Shown here in pieces: positions 50,701 to 61,722 of a DNA stretch of 64,000 nucleotides. The position numbers and the translations under genes were made by a program. The notes under the pieces were generated by a model. The model did not search any database and was not told the DNA's origin. It saw only the letters and a program-made list of their open reading frames with translations. The stretch lies in contig OZ316893.1 of the NCBI GenBank assembly GCA_973895155.1, forward strand, positions 26,710,798-26,774,797. The letters are read 5' to 3'. Positions within the stretch are counted from its first letter, which is position 1. Each line of letters starts with the position of its first letter. The DNA comes from Marsupella aquatica. Taxonomy: Eukaryota; Plantae; Marchantiophyta.

Positions 50701-52895
50701 GTCTTGGTATGCCTGCATCATATTTCGGGCACTACCCCCATATGAGGATGGCAAAATGTAGGTCCTACCCACATCACTTGCACGTGCATCTTCGTCTTGA
50801 ACTGCATCTTGAAGCCCTTGATATAGTTCTGTGCGCAACTTTTTTTGATTGTTGCGAATATAGGTCAGTCGCGTTTGATCTATGCATGCATATGCGTCCA
50901 CAATGTATTGCTTTAGCAATCGCCCTCCACGAAGCAACCAATCATCACCTTGCCTTGCGTGTAGCAAGTATGCATAGTATTGTAGTTGTGTAACCTTTTT
51001 GGAGCCATTGCGTCCACCCCTAGCTTGAGGTTCAACTGCCACAATGACCTCATCTTGAAATTCATGGCCCACCAATGGGATGTCATAAGACCACCCGTCT
51101 TGACCAAGCGGAAAGAGTAAGACATAATGAAGAGGAGCATAGGATCTATGCCACTCCGAAATCCTACGTAGGCCCCCGTCTCTTGTCCTCAAGATAATAT
51201 CTCGACCACGTGTTTCAATATCCTCATCCCCAACCATGATCACACCAATCTCATCCGCCGTGGGTTTATTGTAACGTCTTGGGTCGGTGTCACGTTCAGC
51301 TATAATACGTAGCAAAACCTCTGGCACTTCAGCGTCATCAATGCGGCTCCCGGCATTTTTGAACATCCGCACATAAGGGTTGTGCGTATGGAGCATTTCT
51401 TGCAAAGAAGCAAGCACCGCCTCATCCAACTGTGGCATCCGATTCATCCTGCAACCCAACATAAAATCCAATGAGACTCAACTTATTATAAACAAAAATG
51501 TGTCATAAGAGGAAGAAGGTTCAGGTTGTGTAAAATACCTGTTGCCCAACTCATTCCGCGTGTCATGAATATAAAGTTGAGCAAACTTGGGACCCTCTCC
51601 ATCAGGCGGCAAGAGGCTGCCGGCCTGATGATATAAAGCTCCTTGTATGCGAAATGAATATGGACCTTGATTGCCCCCCCTTTCATCAATTTTTCACCTA
51701 TCGATGTAAATGCCAAGGCGTTATTGTACCCTCTAATATTCTTCCGAAAGGTTGTAGCTGCAGCATTACATCCGGTCAACAAACTCCGCAAAGGCTCCGG
51801 TGGAGCACCAATTGATGGCAAATCCACCTTCCCATCAGCACAACACATTGTGAAGCACGGATGGCGTTGCGTTCCAGACTTGCACTCTTCAATCCAATGA
51901 AGAGCTTTACAACATGGACACTCAATGTTCATCCGTCCCAAAACATGTCGGGCCATCGCAGGATCCAAAGGTTGTCGTGCCTTTGGCAAGCTTTGGATCT
52001 GATCCAATCTTTGACGCTCTCTCAAAATATCTTCTGCACTGGGTTGAGCCGGGGTAACCGGAGCAAGGTTACTCTCTCCCAATTCTTGTTGGAGCATATC
52101 CTCAATCTCTTGTTCCCCCTCTTCATCTAACAAATGTAAGGTGCCCTGAACAAACGTGTCAAAGTGACCACCACCATCGTCAACAGTAGGACCCACTTCC
52201 CCATCCAAGGCACCATGAATGAGCCAATCCTCGTCAAAGATGTCAGGGTCAGCTCGTACATTGTTTGGTATTTCTTCACAGGTAGGGATGACACACATCG
52301 AGTCAGCTCCATCCTGTAAAGCACCATGAATGAGCCAATCCTCATCAAAGACATTGGGATCTCTCCTCTCATTGTTGGGTACAGGCTCACATGGAGGGGT
52401 AAGAACATATTTCTCCAAATGGTGGTTGGTCTCAGATGCACTCGTGGCACCCTCTCGATTGGCCGTGATGGCAATGGTTCTGGCCGCTGCCTGGTGCATT
52501 GCTCTTGCTTCACGAAGCAATTGTCTCACACTACTTGCACGGCCAGGCACTGCGGTAGGTCCCAAAGTTGTCTCCTCACTCCCTCCCAATGATGTTGTTG
52601 ATGGCCCTCGAACAGCCCTTGCTTCCCGCCGCAATTGTCTCCCACTAACAGCCCTTGGTTCTTCTACCGCAGTTGGCACACATGGTGTGGGAGTACCTTC
52701 AAGAACCAAGGGCCCCACACTGGGCAAGACACTTTGTTCAGGTGAGGCATGGACCTGGGGCACACCATCCACCACTTGCAATTGTCGTTGGGCGTACTGC
52801 TGGCGACGCCTTGCATTTATGGCATCCTTGTTCTTAGCATATCGTTCGCGATTGGCCTCCGATCTCTCCCCTGGAGTTCTCATGTTGCCCAACAA
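47704..52895 (-). CDS. Helitron Rep/PIF1 helicase (RepHel), with one intron and one apparent frameshift
   Basis: Zinc motif CPCCKALHW..CCADGKV. Rep motifs FTTFTCN, HUH VIEFQKRGLPHAHILI and Y2 YLYKYCYKG. Helicase motifs GPGGTGKT, LWDEAPM, GDFRQVLPV, AMTINKAQGQT and YVAFSR. A GT-AG intron at ~51451-51538 joins ..ELGNR to MNRMPQLDE. A -1 shift at ~51693 interrupts FTSIG[x]KIDERGGNQGPYSFRIQG. Confidence 0.92.
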
Positions 52896-53899
52896 ACTCC
52901 AACCCCCTTAATCATCTGCATCCAACCCACGAAATGGATGAGTATTTTGAAAACCCCAAATCATTCAAGCTTGACAGACCCCTAACTAATTATATTGAAC
53001 GCCGGCTGGGCCACACCGTTGCAAGAGACTTGAGACTTTGATGGTGACCCAATATCCGTGAAGGATACTGCTTACCGGGACCCCTCGTCTCACCCTCCCA
53101 GCCTTCAAGGCGATCATCATGCTTCTGAATGTCTCTTGCCCCTATGGTATTCTTATTGCTTGCGGCGGTTATCACCCACTCTATGGCCGTCACCCATGGT
53201 TTTGCCGACACCCAATGGCCCATGTGTAGCGGTCACCCATCCCATGGTTTGGCTCATCCCCTCTCATGGCCCACGGTTTGGCCGTCACCCATTCGGAAAA
53301 AAAAGTGGTCACCAAAGCCATTAACCATGGTGCTTGCCATGAAGTCCAAATCCCCCCAAAAGATGCCCAAGCCATCACCCATGGTGGTCACCCTAAACAC
53401 GCCATCCCCCCAATAGAATGGTCACCCAAGCCATCCTCCTAAAAACTGGTCACCAAAAGCCCCCACGCAAGCTGTGGTAATTATTTATTCCCCGTGACCT
53501 CCAAGAAGAACACACCCTCCTTATATATGTTTCTGGGGTCCTGCGACCCCCGGACCACTTTAGCCGCTCATATTTTTGGCCTCAAACCCAAAAATACAAA
53601 GGGAATGGGGAGCGCACTGGCAAATGGGAGGGGCCTGGGGTGTCGTGCGTCCGGGTTTGACCGTGCGGGAGGTTTATGCGCTGCACATCAGTCAGATTGT
53701 GCGTGTTGGCTTCGGCCATGACTGAGGGCAGAACGCCTGGACTGAACCGCCGTGAGCAAAATGACGTGGACTGAATAAGGCCATTGTTTGGAGAGGGAGG
53801 GCACTCTCTTGTAATAAAGCGAGCGTCAGACAATGGGCGTGGCAGAGAGCGGCGAGGCCCGATGTGTGTCTTGGGCTCAACGCCCTCTGCCACGCCCAT

Positions 53900-54600
53900 T
53901 GCCGCAGCGGGGTCGACTGACCTCTGCCTCCAACTGACGTCTGCCTCCCGGAGGTGACTCCATCCTGCACTCGCGCGGCCTCGCCTCTCCGCTTGCCTCC
54001 CTCTCGACTCGACTCCCTCCCACCCGAGTCTCTCCCTCCCTCCGACTGACTCCCTCTCCCAAGTCGCTTGCGCCTCCGCCTCGCCTCCCTGTCGCCTCCC
54101 TCTCAAACTCGCGCCCCCCTCCAACCCGGCCCTCTCAACTCGTGCCCCCCTCCAACCCTCTCAACTCGCGCCCGCCACGGCCCTCCAACTCTCGCCTCCC
54201 CGGCCATCCCAACTCGCATCCCGCCACGGCCTCCCACGGTGCCTCGCCCTCCTCGCCTATCCTCGCCCTGCATCGCCCTCCCACGGTGCCTCGGCCACCC
54301 TCGGCCACCCTCGCCTCGTCCATCCTTGCGTCGCCGTCCCACGGCGCCTTGCCCACCCTCGCCCACGGCGCCTCGCCTTGCCCTCCCACAGCGCCTCGCC
54401 CACCCGAGTCGCTCTGCACGCCTCCCAACTTGCACAGGGGGAGCGAGTCCACGCGAGTCCCTCCCAACTCGCCGCGCCTCCCACGGCAGCTCGCCCTCCC
54501 ACGGCGTCTCGCCCGTCTGAGTCCCTCCCACAGCACCCCACCTGAGTCGCTTTGCAGGCCATCCAACTCGCACAGGGGGAGTGAGTCCTGTGCTCGGTGC
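53900..54600. repeat. GC-rich low-complexity block inside the Helitron 5' region
   Basis: Recurring caactcgc, cccacggc and ctcgcc motifs, plus a duplicated aactYgcacagggggagYgagtcc. The many ORFs here look compositional. Confidence 0.6.
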
Positions 54601-55444
54601 TCCCGGGTCGACCTTGGGGTTTTGGGGGCGGCAAGGCCCGGGTTGATGTTGGTGTTTTGGGGCGGCGAGGGAAAATCGAGGTATGATCCAGGCGCGGGAG
54701 GCGTCAGGTTCTGTCATCGACACCCCTCATCAGAATGCCTGGAGCAGGTATGACATGTCAGATTTTGTCGTCCTCGCGTCAGGTTTTTGTGGTGAGGAGG
54801 GAGTCAGGCCTTGTCGTCGACAGAAAGGCCTGGACCATAATTTTCCCAAACTGTGCTCCAGAACACTGATGATACTATCTAACGGTGCAAAAAATAAGCA
54901 TTTTAATCCAACAGACACAATGTGATCCCGCTTCTTTTTGAGAATCGTCTGCTTACGAAATGAGAAAGACGCGGGATTGTATATTATAGTAGTTAGATGT
55001 GTAACACGTACATGGCAATTTGTTTTTAGAATCCACACAATAACGAGAGGTTAAAACACACACAATGTGATAAAGCAAGAGCTTGGAACCATTGAGGTTG
55101 GGCTTCTTCATAGGCATAATTGTTCTCTTTTCTCTACTTTTTTCTTCTTCAAATGCTTCCAGGGCAGAGCACATCACCTCCACAGTGTACCACTCTATAC
55201 AGGGAGTTATAGGGATTTGGTAGATTTGCTGTCTATTTGGTAATACTGTTTTGTCACCAATGCCCACTACGGTGCTCACAGTCATCTTGTCACTAAGTGT
55301 CACTTGAGATACCTCATGAAGTGGACTGTTGTTCACAACTTTCTTACTCAAAAGCAGGTTAGGAAATGACTGAGAAACATTGGCTGGGGACAACACACAA
55401 TGCATACATCTTTTTTCTGGTGTATCATGCGACAGTTTTTGTTG

Positions 55445-55543
55445 CTTTTGAATATTGTTTGCTAGTGAGGTGTATATACCAAATTCTGGTGACTCACATC
55501 CTTTTGATACACTATGGCTACGATAAGTCTATATGTCACAACA
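55445..55543 (+). mobile_element. Relic 3' terminus of an element related to the 8556-17996 retroelement
   Basis: ttgctag..ctggtgact..ttttgatacactatggctacgata..ctatatgtcacaaca aligns with the reverse complement of 8556-8640 (ttgctag..ctggtgact..ttttgatacactatggctacgatactatatgtcacgata). Similarity stops exactly at the TSD-defined end. Confidence 0.8.
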
Positions 55544-57774
55544 CTACTGCAGTCCATAAAATGGGCAATAGGATTACTAAGGGGTATAGCACTAATAAAC
55601 TAAAACATAACATGTGATAAACACCTTCCCCATTGATTGTTAGCTCTCAGTCACATCCTTCCATCTAGAAGATCTAATAACTTGTGACTCGCCTCCTGAC
55701 TGTTGCCTTTCATTGTCCACCCTTTTTGTGCAAGCCAATGCTCAATCATATGGTCAATCTTGTGGATCCTCTAGTTGGAATTTGAGCTCCCCCCCCCCCT
55801 CTTTGAGAGATCTAATAGCGCAGTAAAATAGTCAAGTAGATCAGATGGCCAAAAAGGTCTTCACAAAAATCTATTTTGTATGGCAACCGTGGTCGGTAGG
55901 ATTGTGTATTATAGAACACAGGATTCTAGGGTATGCAACAGTAAATCTCAAATAGCTTCAATACTTACTGTAGATATCTTTGGGTACTTAGTGAAGTATC
56001 TAGATATCACATGCTATCATAACCTACCTAAAATACCTCTATTCAATCATTAAATATATTCTATACAATAATTGTATTTTGAAATTCAGATGAACTGTCT
56101 GAATTCAAAAATATATATTCTTTATTTGTGTTGTCAACAACTTTTTATGCTTTAGTCAAAAGACAATGAAGATACCTATTTTTGGATCACACTGTTTCAG
56201 ATGTCTTTTGTAGTTGAACCCCGAGTGAGGTATCCGAGTTTTAACTAACCCTTTGCACTAAAAGGGCTATGGGACACTTTATCCAATGCTTGGTGATAGA
56301 TTCTCCGATGTTCTAGTTGTCTTATTTGCTGAAAACAAACCCAATTTTCTCGTCCAGCAAAAACAAGCCCAAGTGCTATTCAAAATGGAAAAGGTCTTCA
56401 CAGCGATCCACTTATTTATAATTAAATGGGTAAAGTACTCTTTCAATAAATAAAGCCCACTTCATAGTAAAAATTGACTTAATAAGTGAAATATGGCTTT
56501 GTGTTCCTAAATAGACTTTATGTTTGAAATTCAATAATTACAAGGTCTCCGGTACTCTATTTGAATAGAACACCCTTCAGATGTACTATTTGAGTATAAA
56601 TTAAGCGGCACCTGTTTTTCATAGAGGAGATGATAGTATAGAACCGGAGCTGTTATCAAAACATTGGAATGGGCTCTAATTTTTTGATTGGGTTTTCCAC
56701 CAAAGTTTGCAAATCAGGTAAAAACAAGGTTCAATGAAAGGAAAGAAAAAGTGGTCCAAAGAAAAAAAGGTCCAAAGAGGATTGGCCTGTGGGATTCAGG
56801 TTTGAGCTTTCTGGGATCTATGACTTATCATCCATCTTATCATCCATCTTATCATCGTATGTCTTTGTCTTCTAATTCCATCACCTACTATTATCTATTT
56901 TTCTCTAACTCATGAACTAACAACGAGAATCTTTGGGAATGTGTAGTTTGTTTAATGCTTTCACACTCTCCCAATTAAACTCCATTATCCCATTTCAGAG
57001 AAGAAATGTGAACCCTATGTGATCTATTGCATGTTTGATTGCACTTCCATTGAATAGAAATGTCAACCCTATGTGATCTAGTGCATGCTTGATTGCACTT
57101 CCATTGGACTTAAGATCATCTATTCTTCTGCTAGCAATTCAACAAAAGTGGAAAAAATATTCCCAAAATGGACAAAATTTGTGTTAAATCACTTTAACAA
57201 AAACTAGCATTAGTAACACTAATTTTCTACTAACAAAGCGCAATGGAAGCTACTTTTGAGTGTTACTGTGTAGAGTGAAGCCTCTAGACCATAACTTGCA
57301 ATAAGGACAGAACAAAACAATATAGTGGAAAAAAATAGAGATGGGGCAAAAATGAACCACAAATAACATATAATCATTTATCTTATAGTATTCTTTAGTG
57401 TCTTGGTCTCTATTTATGTTCAAGGACTTAGAGGAAAATAATCCAATTAGAAGTGGGGGTGAAAATGGGGATTGGGTGGAGTAGTGCCGGGAGCAGTGCA
57501 CCGCATTTGAAAAGAATGCAGCCTGTGAAGAGAGTCGGTGGAGTGAGGGCCGCATGCAAAGAGAGTCAATGGATTAGGGAGGCTGCTTCTGAAGAGGTCA
57601 GTTGTGTCATTGAGTGTCAAGGGCAGTGGTGAAACGGCCAGCTCTTCTTCAATTACTTGAAGAAGCTTTGGTCAGCTGCTGTCAAATCAGGGGGCAACTT
57701 TTTAATCGCCATCTCTTTTCACGGTTAAAAAATGGGTAGTCTGTATATAACACTAATTATGGTGAGCACTGTAC

Positions 57775-58450
57775 ATATATCACAGCCAGTATGGTTCCAA
57801 GGTAAAATGGCTGATTGGAAGATACCAAGCAAAAAATGTGTGTGGGTTAAATCCCCACTCACTGGTCAGATATCCCTACAAAGTACTCTTAAGTTTTCAA
57901 AGTTCCAAACTTTGAAAATGGACCCAATCGGATAGTGGCGTTTCAGTAGGGCGTCTCAAATGCGATGAATTTTTGTGCGTGACCTTGTCCAGGAGCGTTG
58001 TGACCCGGGGCAGTAGGAACGACTGGTTGGACACCAAATGTGAGTCCCAACCAGTCACGCCCATGAATCGTGACCGAAACTGAACGTTGACTGCTACGAG
58101 GAGAGGCCCCAACTTCAGTGTGTTCATTAACTCACCTTGCGATTTTCATACACTCTCGTAATCCCTCTCAAATCTAAGAGCTTGGAAATATCATTGTCTG
58201 GCTATACCCAGTTTTGGAGCACCCAAGTACAAGCACCAGTGAGGTACATTTTAGGGTTTAGGGTTTGAGACTCCCTAGTATTGAGTAAAAAATGTTTTTT
58301 TTTCTTTCAATATTTGAGATGCACTAATATTGAGTACATGATTTACACTTGAGTCGCCCTAGTATTGAGTAGATGATTTACAGTAACCATTTGCGTCCAA
58401 TCGTAAAGGGGGCGGTACAAGAGAGCACGCCAAAATGCCAACCCTCAGGG
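57775..58450 (-). repeat. Right arm of the long inverted repeat, interrupted by ~440 bp of other sequence
   Basis: Reverse complement of 45345-45590 in two blocks (57775-57945 and 58390-58450). Confidence 0.75.
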
Positions 58451-59059
58451 AGTCAGGACTCCGGCCGTAGGATGACCGGTAATCCCCTATAACGGTACCG
58501 CGATGATGCTCCGACAGGTACCGTTACCATCCAATGAGAAGTGCAGTACGGCCGGGACACGCGCGGTGTACGTCTTGTCGGTTAGTAGGTGGCCGGGAAT
58601 TCTGCCGGTGGGAAAGGCCGGCCTGAGACTTCTACGCCTCTTGTTTTTTCAACTGTTCGCCATTACCGGCGATTGCGACTGAATGAACTTTTAGAATATG
58701 GAAAAAATTCCCCCTAGAGCCTCCAACTTTTTCTCCGCAGCCTCTGTTTTGGTCTGGTGCAAATCGCCACTGTGGCAAGTGCCCAATTCGCTCTCGAGGT
58801 GGGGGGACCCCATGGAACCAGAGCCGATGAGGGGGTGGTGATCCTAGCTTTCCAGCGCAGTCACACTTTGGTTACTTAGGGTGGTTCATGCCATGTCGGC
58901 GGGGCACTTGTGACTTGTTTTCACCAAAACAAATTGGAGCGTCACTTCTTGTTCTAAAAGTAAACTTTGGATTTTTAAAAAACTTTTGAAGTGATGTTCA
59001 ATAAATGCAAACCCTTTGAGTGAAGGAGGTTTTTAAAACAAGCACTTTACATAGGACCC

Positions 59060-59835
59060 ACTTGTTGTCATGGACAATCAATAGACACAATAGTTGAATG
59101 GGCCCTCAGTTCTTGTAAAGGCAACTATAACAGTTTTTTCCATGGGCCCACTAGTTGCCCTGTAGTATCAATAGACATCATAAGTGAATGGGCCCCCATT
59201 TCTTTTGAGGCCAACTATAACAGTTTCCAATAATACTGTTCAGATTTCATCTGAAAAGAAGAAAAACACACAGTAATGGCCCCCCACACCTTGACTTGAA
59301 TGGGCCTCCATTTCTTGTAAAGCCAAATCCAACCATGCTGCTCATTATACAATCCAGATTTAATGAGAAAGAATAATGACCCCACTTCTTGAAAAAGATT
59401 TAATGAGAAAGAATAATGGCCCCACTTCTTGAAAAACCACCCTTAGGCTTTGAGCTTTATGGCGGGGCAGTAAATGGAATGGATTATTGAGACAGGCATA
59501 AACTTCCAAAACCTTAATAGGACATGAGAATTTTCACAAAGGTCTCGATAATTGAGTCCCCTAATCATCTTGGGATCCTATAAGTACAGTGGCCGAGAAT
59601 AATATACTCATTATACAATCCAGATTTAATGAGGAAGGAATAATGGCCCAACTTCTTGACAAGCCACCCTTAGGTTTGGGCTTCAGGGCGGGGCAGTTAA
59701 TCGAATGGATTAATGAGACACGCATAAACTTCCAAAACCTTAAAAGGACATGAGAATTTTCACAAAGGTCTCGATAATTGAGTCCCCCTAATCATCTTGG
59801 GATCCTGTAAGTAGAGTGGCCGAGAATAATATATG
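59060..59835. repeat. Nested tandem duplications: ~85-bp units at 59075-59330 and a ~230-265-bp duplication at 59341-59606/59607-59835
   Basis: ctcattatacaatccagatttaatgag...gtggccgagaataatat occurs twice. tgaatgggcc..ttcttgtaaagScaa occurs three times. A related copy lies at ~30030-30130. Confidence 0.8.
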
Positions 59836-60819
59836 TAGGGGCGACGTTGCAAGATTTTGGGGATTTGGGGTCGTAGTAAAAGGTGGCTTCGGTGACCTAC
59901 ACAACTATGAAGGAAAGGACAGGATTTTTACATAAAAGTGACGCATCCCAAAAGGATTACTAAGTATAATAAAAGTATAAAGGAAGCCCCCAATCCTTTC
60001 ATGGCAACTAACGTGTGTCCATTCGCTCAGATGGACTTTTGCAACCTCGATTAAATACCAGTAAACATTTAAATGTGTTTCAAGTATACAACTTGCAACT
60101 GGCCTAGAGTAATCTACATATTTGTACATTAAAGTTATTTGCTTGATCAATCTCCAAAATGAAAGTCGTTACTTGATCTACCCCTGAGGTCTATCAAGTG
60201 TCCAGATCTGATCGAAAGGTCCATCAATGGTCCAGATTGGAGAAAAATATCAAGGGAGTTGATTAAGCAAACTTTTTCCAGAAGGGGGTCTACTAAGCAT
60301 ATCTCTCGTACATTATAGCCTCTGTGATTTCATCTGGGTTGCGGTGGACAATCTTGGATCCTAAGGGAGCAATTTTTTTCAAGGCAAAAGTTAAGCTTTC
60401 TAGTAAGGCGGCTAATATTCAGGGGAGACTGAATGCAAAATTCTAAAAAGGTTTATTTATGGCAGGTCATTTGGGACGCATTCTATTTCCAGCTTCAGAT
60501 ACTTTGTACTTCTTTTAAGAAAATTCAAGAAGGGCTTTCCCCCATTCAATCTTTGAGGCTTGATGTGCAGCCTTTATTCTTTAGTGGGGTATCTTGCTCG
60601 TTCCCTCAGACCACCTCCCTCCATCAGGTGTGGACTCTCCTTCTCTCTGTCTTCCTTTCCTGTTTTTTGTCCGTGGACAGTTCAGTTCTACTTCTGGCTT
60701 AATTATTTGCCACCATTTCATTCCAAGGTCCTCTAGTCTGCCTGTCCCTAAAACAAACATTTTCTGAAGTAGAATTTGAATATTTTTATATTTGCTTTTC
60801 CATGTTAGTACTTAACAGT

Positions 60820-61170
60820 AGCACCTGATTAGGTTAAGTAGAGTGTAACTTAACCATGATTGAGGGCTACTGAGGTTAGACTAGTGGAGAGGGGATACAC
60901 CCTTGTGACAGCACCTTATTGTGCTCCTACTTAGATATCAATGTTGGATGTGAGAGGGAGAGAAGAGGACTTGTCTTAGGATGCCTTGCAAGCTTACTTG
61001 CTATGGGGATGTAGACGGATTGTTCATAGTGATTCTTCTTTCAACCGTGAGAGTAGTCCAGATGGGATGAACCATGTATCTATGAGTCATGTCAATTTTG
61101 GGATTGTACAATAGATCCATGTGACATTGTGTTGGTTATGGTGTTTCAATAATTAGTATCAGAGTTTGGA
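60820..61170 (+). mobile_element. Possible decayed LTR followed by a degenerate tRNA-iMet primer-binding site
   Basis: ttagtatcagagt at ~61153-61165 resembles the canonical TGGTATCAGAGC PBS with transitions. I found no partner LTR or intact ORF. Confidence 0.35.
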
Positions 61171-61604
61171 TCATGAGCGGCACACAATTTAGGGAATTTT
61201 TTGTGATTGATTCATTTCCTTTTTGGATACAATGGGTGCTAACACACAATTTAGGGATGTGATTGATTCATTTTCTTTGGGATGCAATGGGTGCTAACAT
61301 TTATATTCGTTGTGTTGATTGGCTTTGCTATTCTGATCATTAGAAAATAGCAAGTTTTATCAACAGATTGTTCACATTAAATTGAGAAATTTCTCATTAA
61401 GCATTGAACAGTGCTTTGATGCTTTTTGCCAACTTGATGTGAAAATGGTTAGTTGATGGGTTAAGTCAACAATTTCTGATATCTTTGTGAAGCCCAAATA
61501 ATGTTGGACATGGTGGTGTATTAGATTACAACATTGGCGGTGGTGGTGGACAGCTGAGGTGAAGACTTTTCCTTCAGGTGGAAGCCATAGCCAAGACCTA
61601 CAGC

Positions 61605-61722
61605 CGGTGGCTCTATGATAGTACATATTAGGTCACTTTTCTAACTTTGCAATTTTTAGCTACAGACGGTGGCTCTATGATAGTACATATTAGGTCACTT
61701 TTCCAACTTTTGCAATTTTTAG
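61605..61722. repeat. Tandem duplication of ~62 bp
   Basis: cggtggctctatgatagtacatattaggtcacttttcYaactttgcaatttttag occurs twice in tandem. Confidence 0.85.

Larger units (their letters stand above)
46997..54997 (-). mobile_element. Complete Helitron (rolling-circle transposon), 8.0 kb
   Basis: On the minus strand the 5' end is A|TCTAACTACTATAATATAC at 54997. The 3' end has the hairpin CGTGCAACGCACG, then CTAG|T at 46997. It sits in an A/T junction with no TSD and encodes Rep/Helicase. Confidence 0.93.

Noticed and set aside
53582-54753. Long Gly/Arg/Pro-rich ORFs on both strands as captured genes in the Helitron
   Set aside because: Products of GC-rich low-complexity sequence with no recognisable domain.
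55305-55370. YLMKW peptide as a chromodomain remnant
   Set aside because: Too short, and the other chromodomain residues are missing.
58540-58660. GC-rich hairpin followed by a T-run, as a Pol III ncRNA
   Set aside because: No recognisable tRNA, SRP or snRNA structure or promoter elements.
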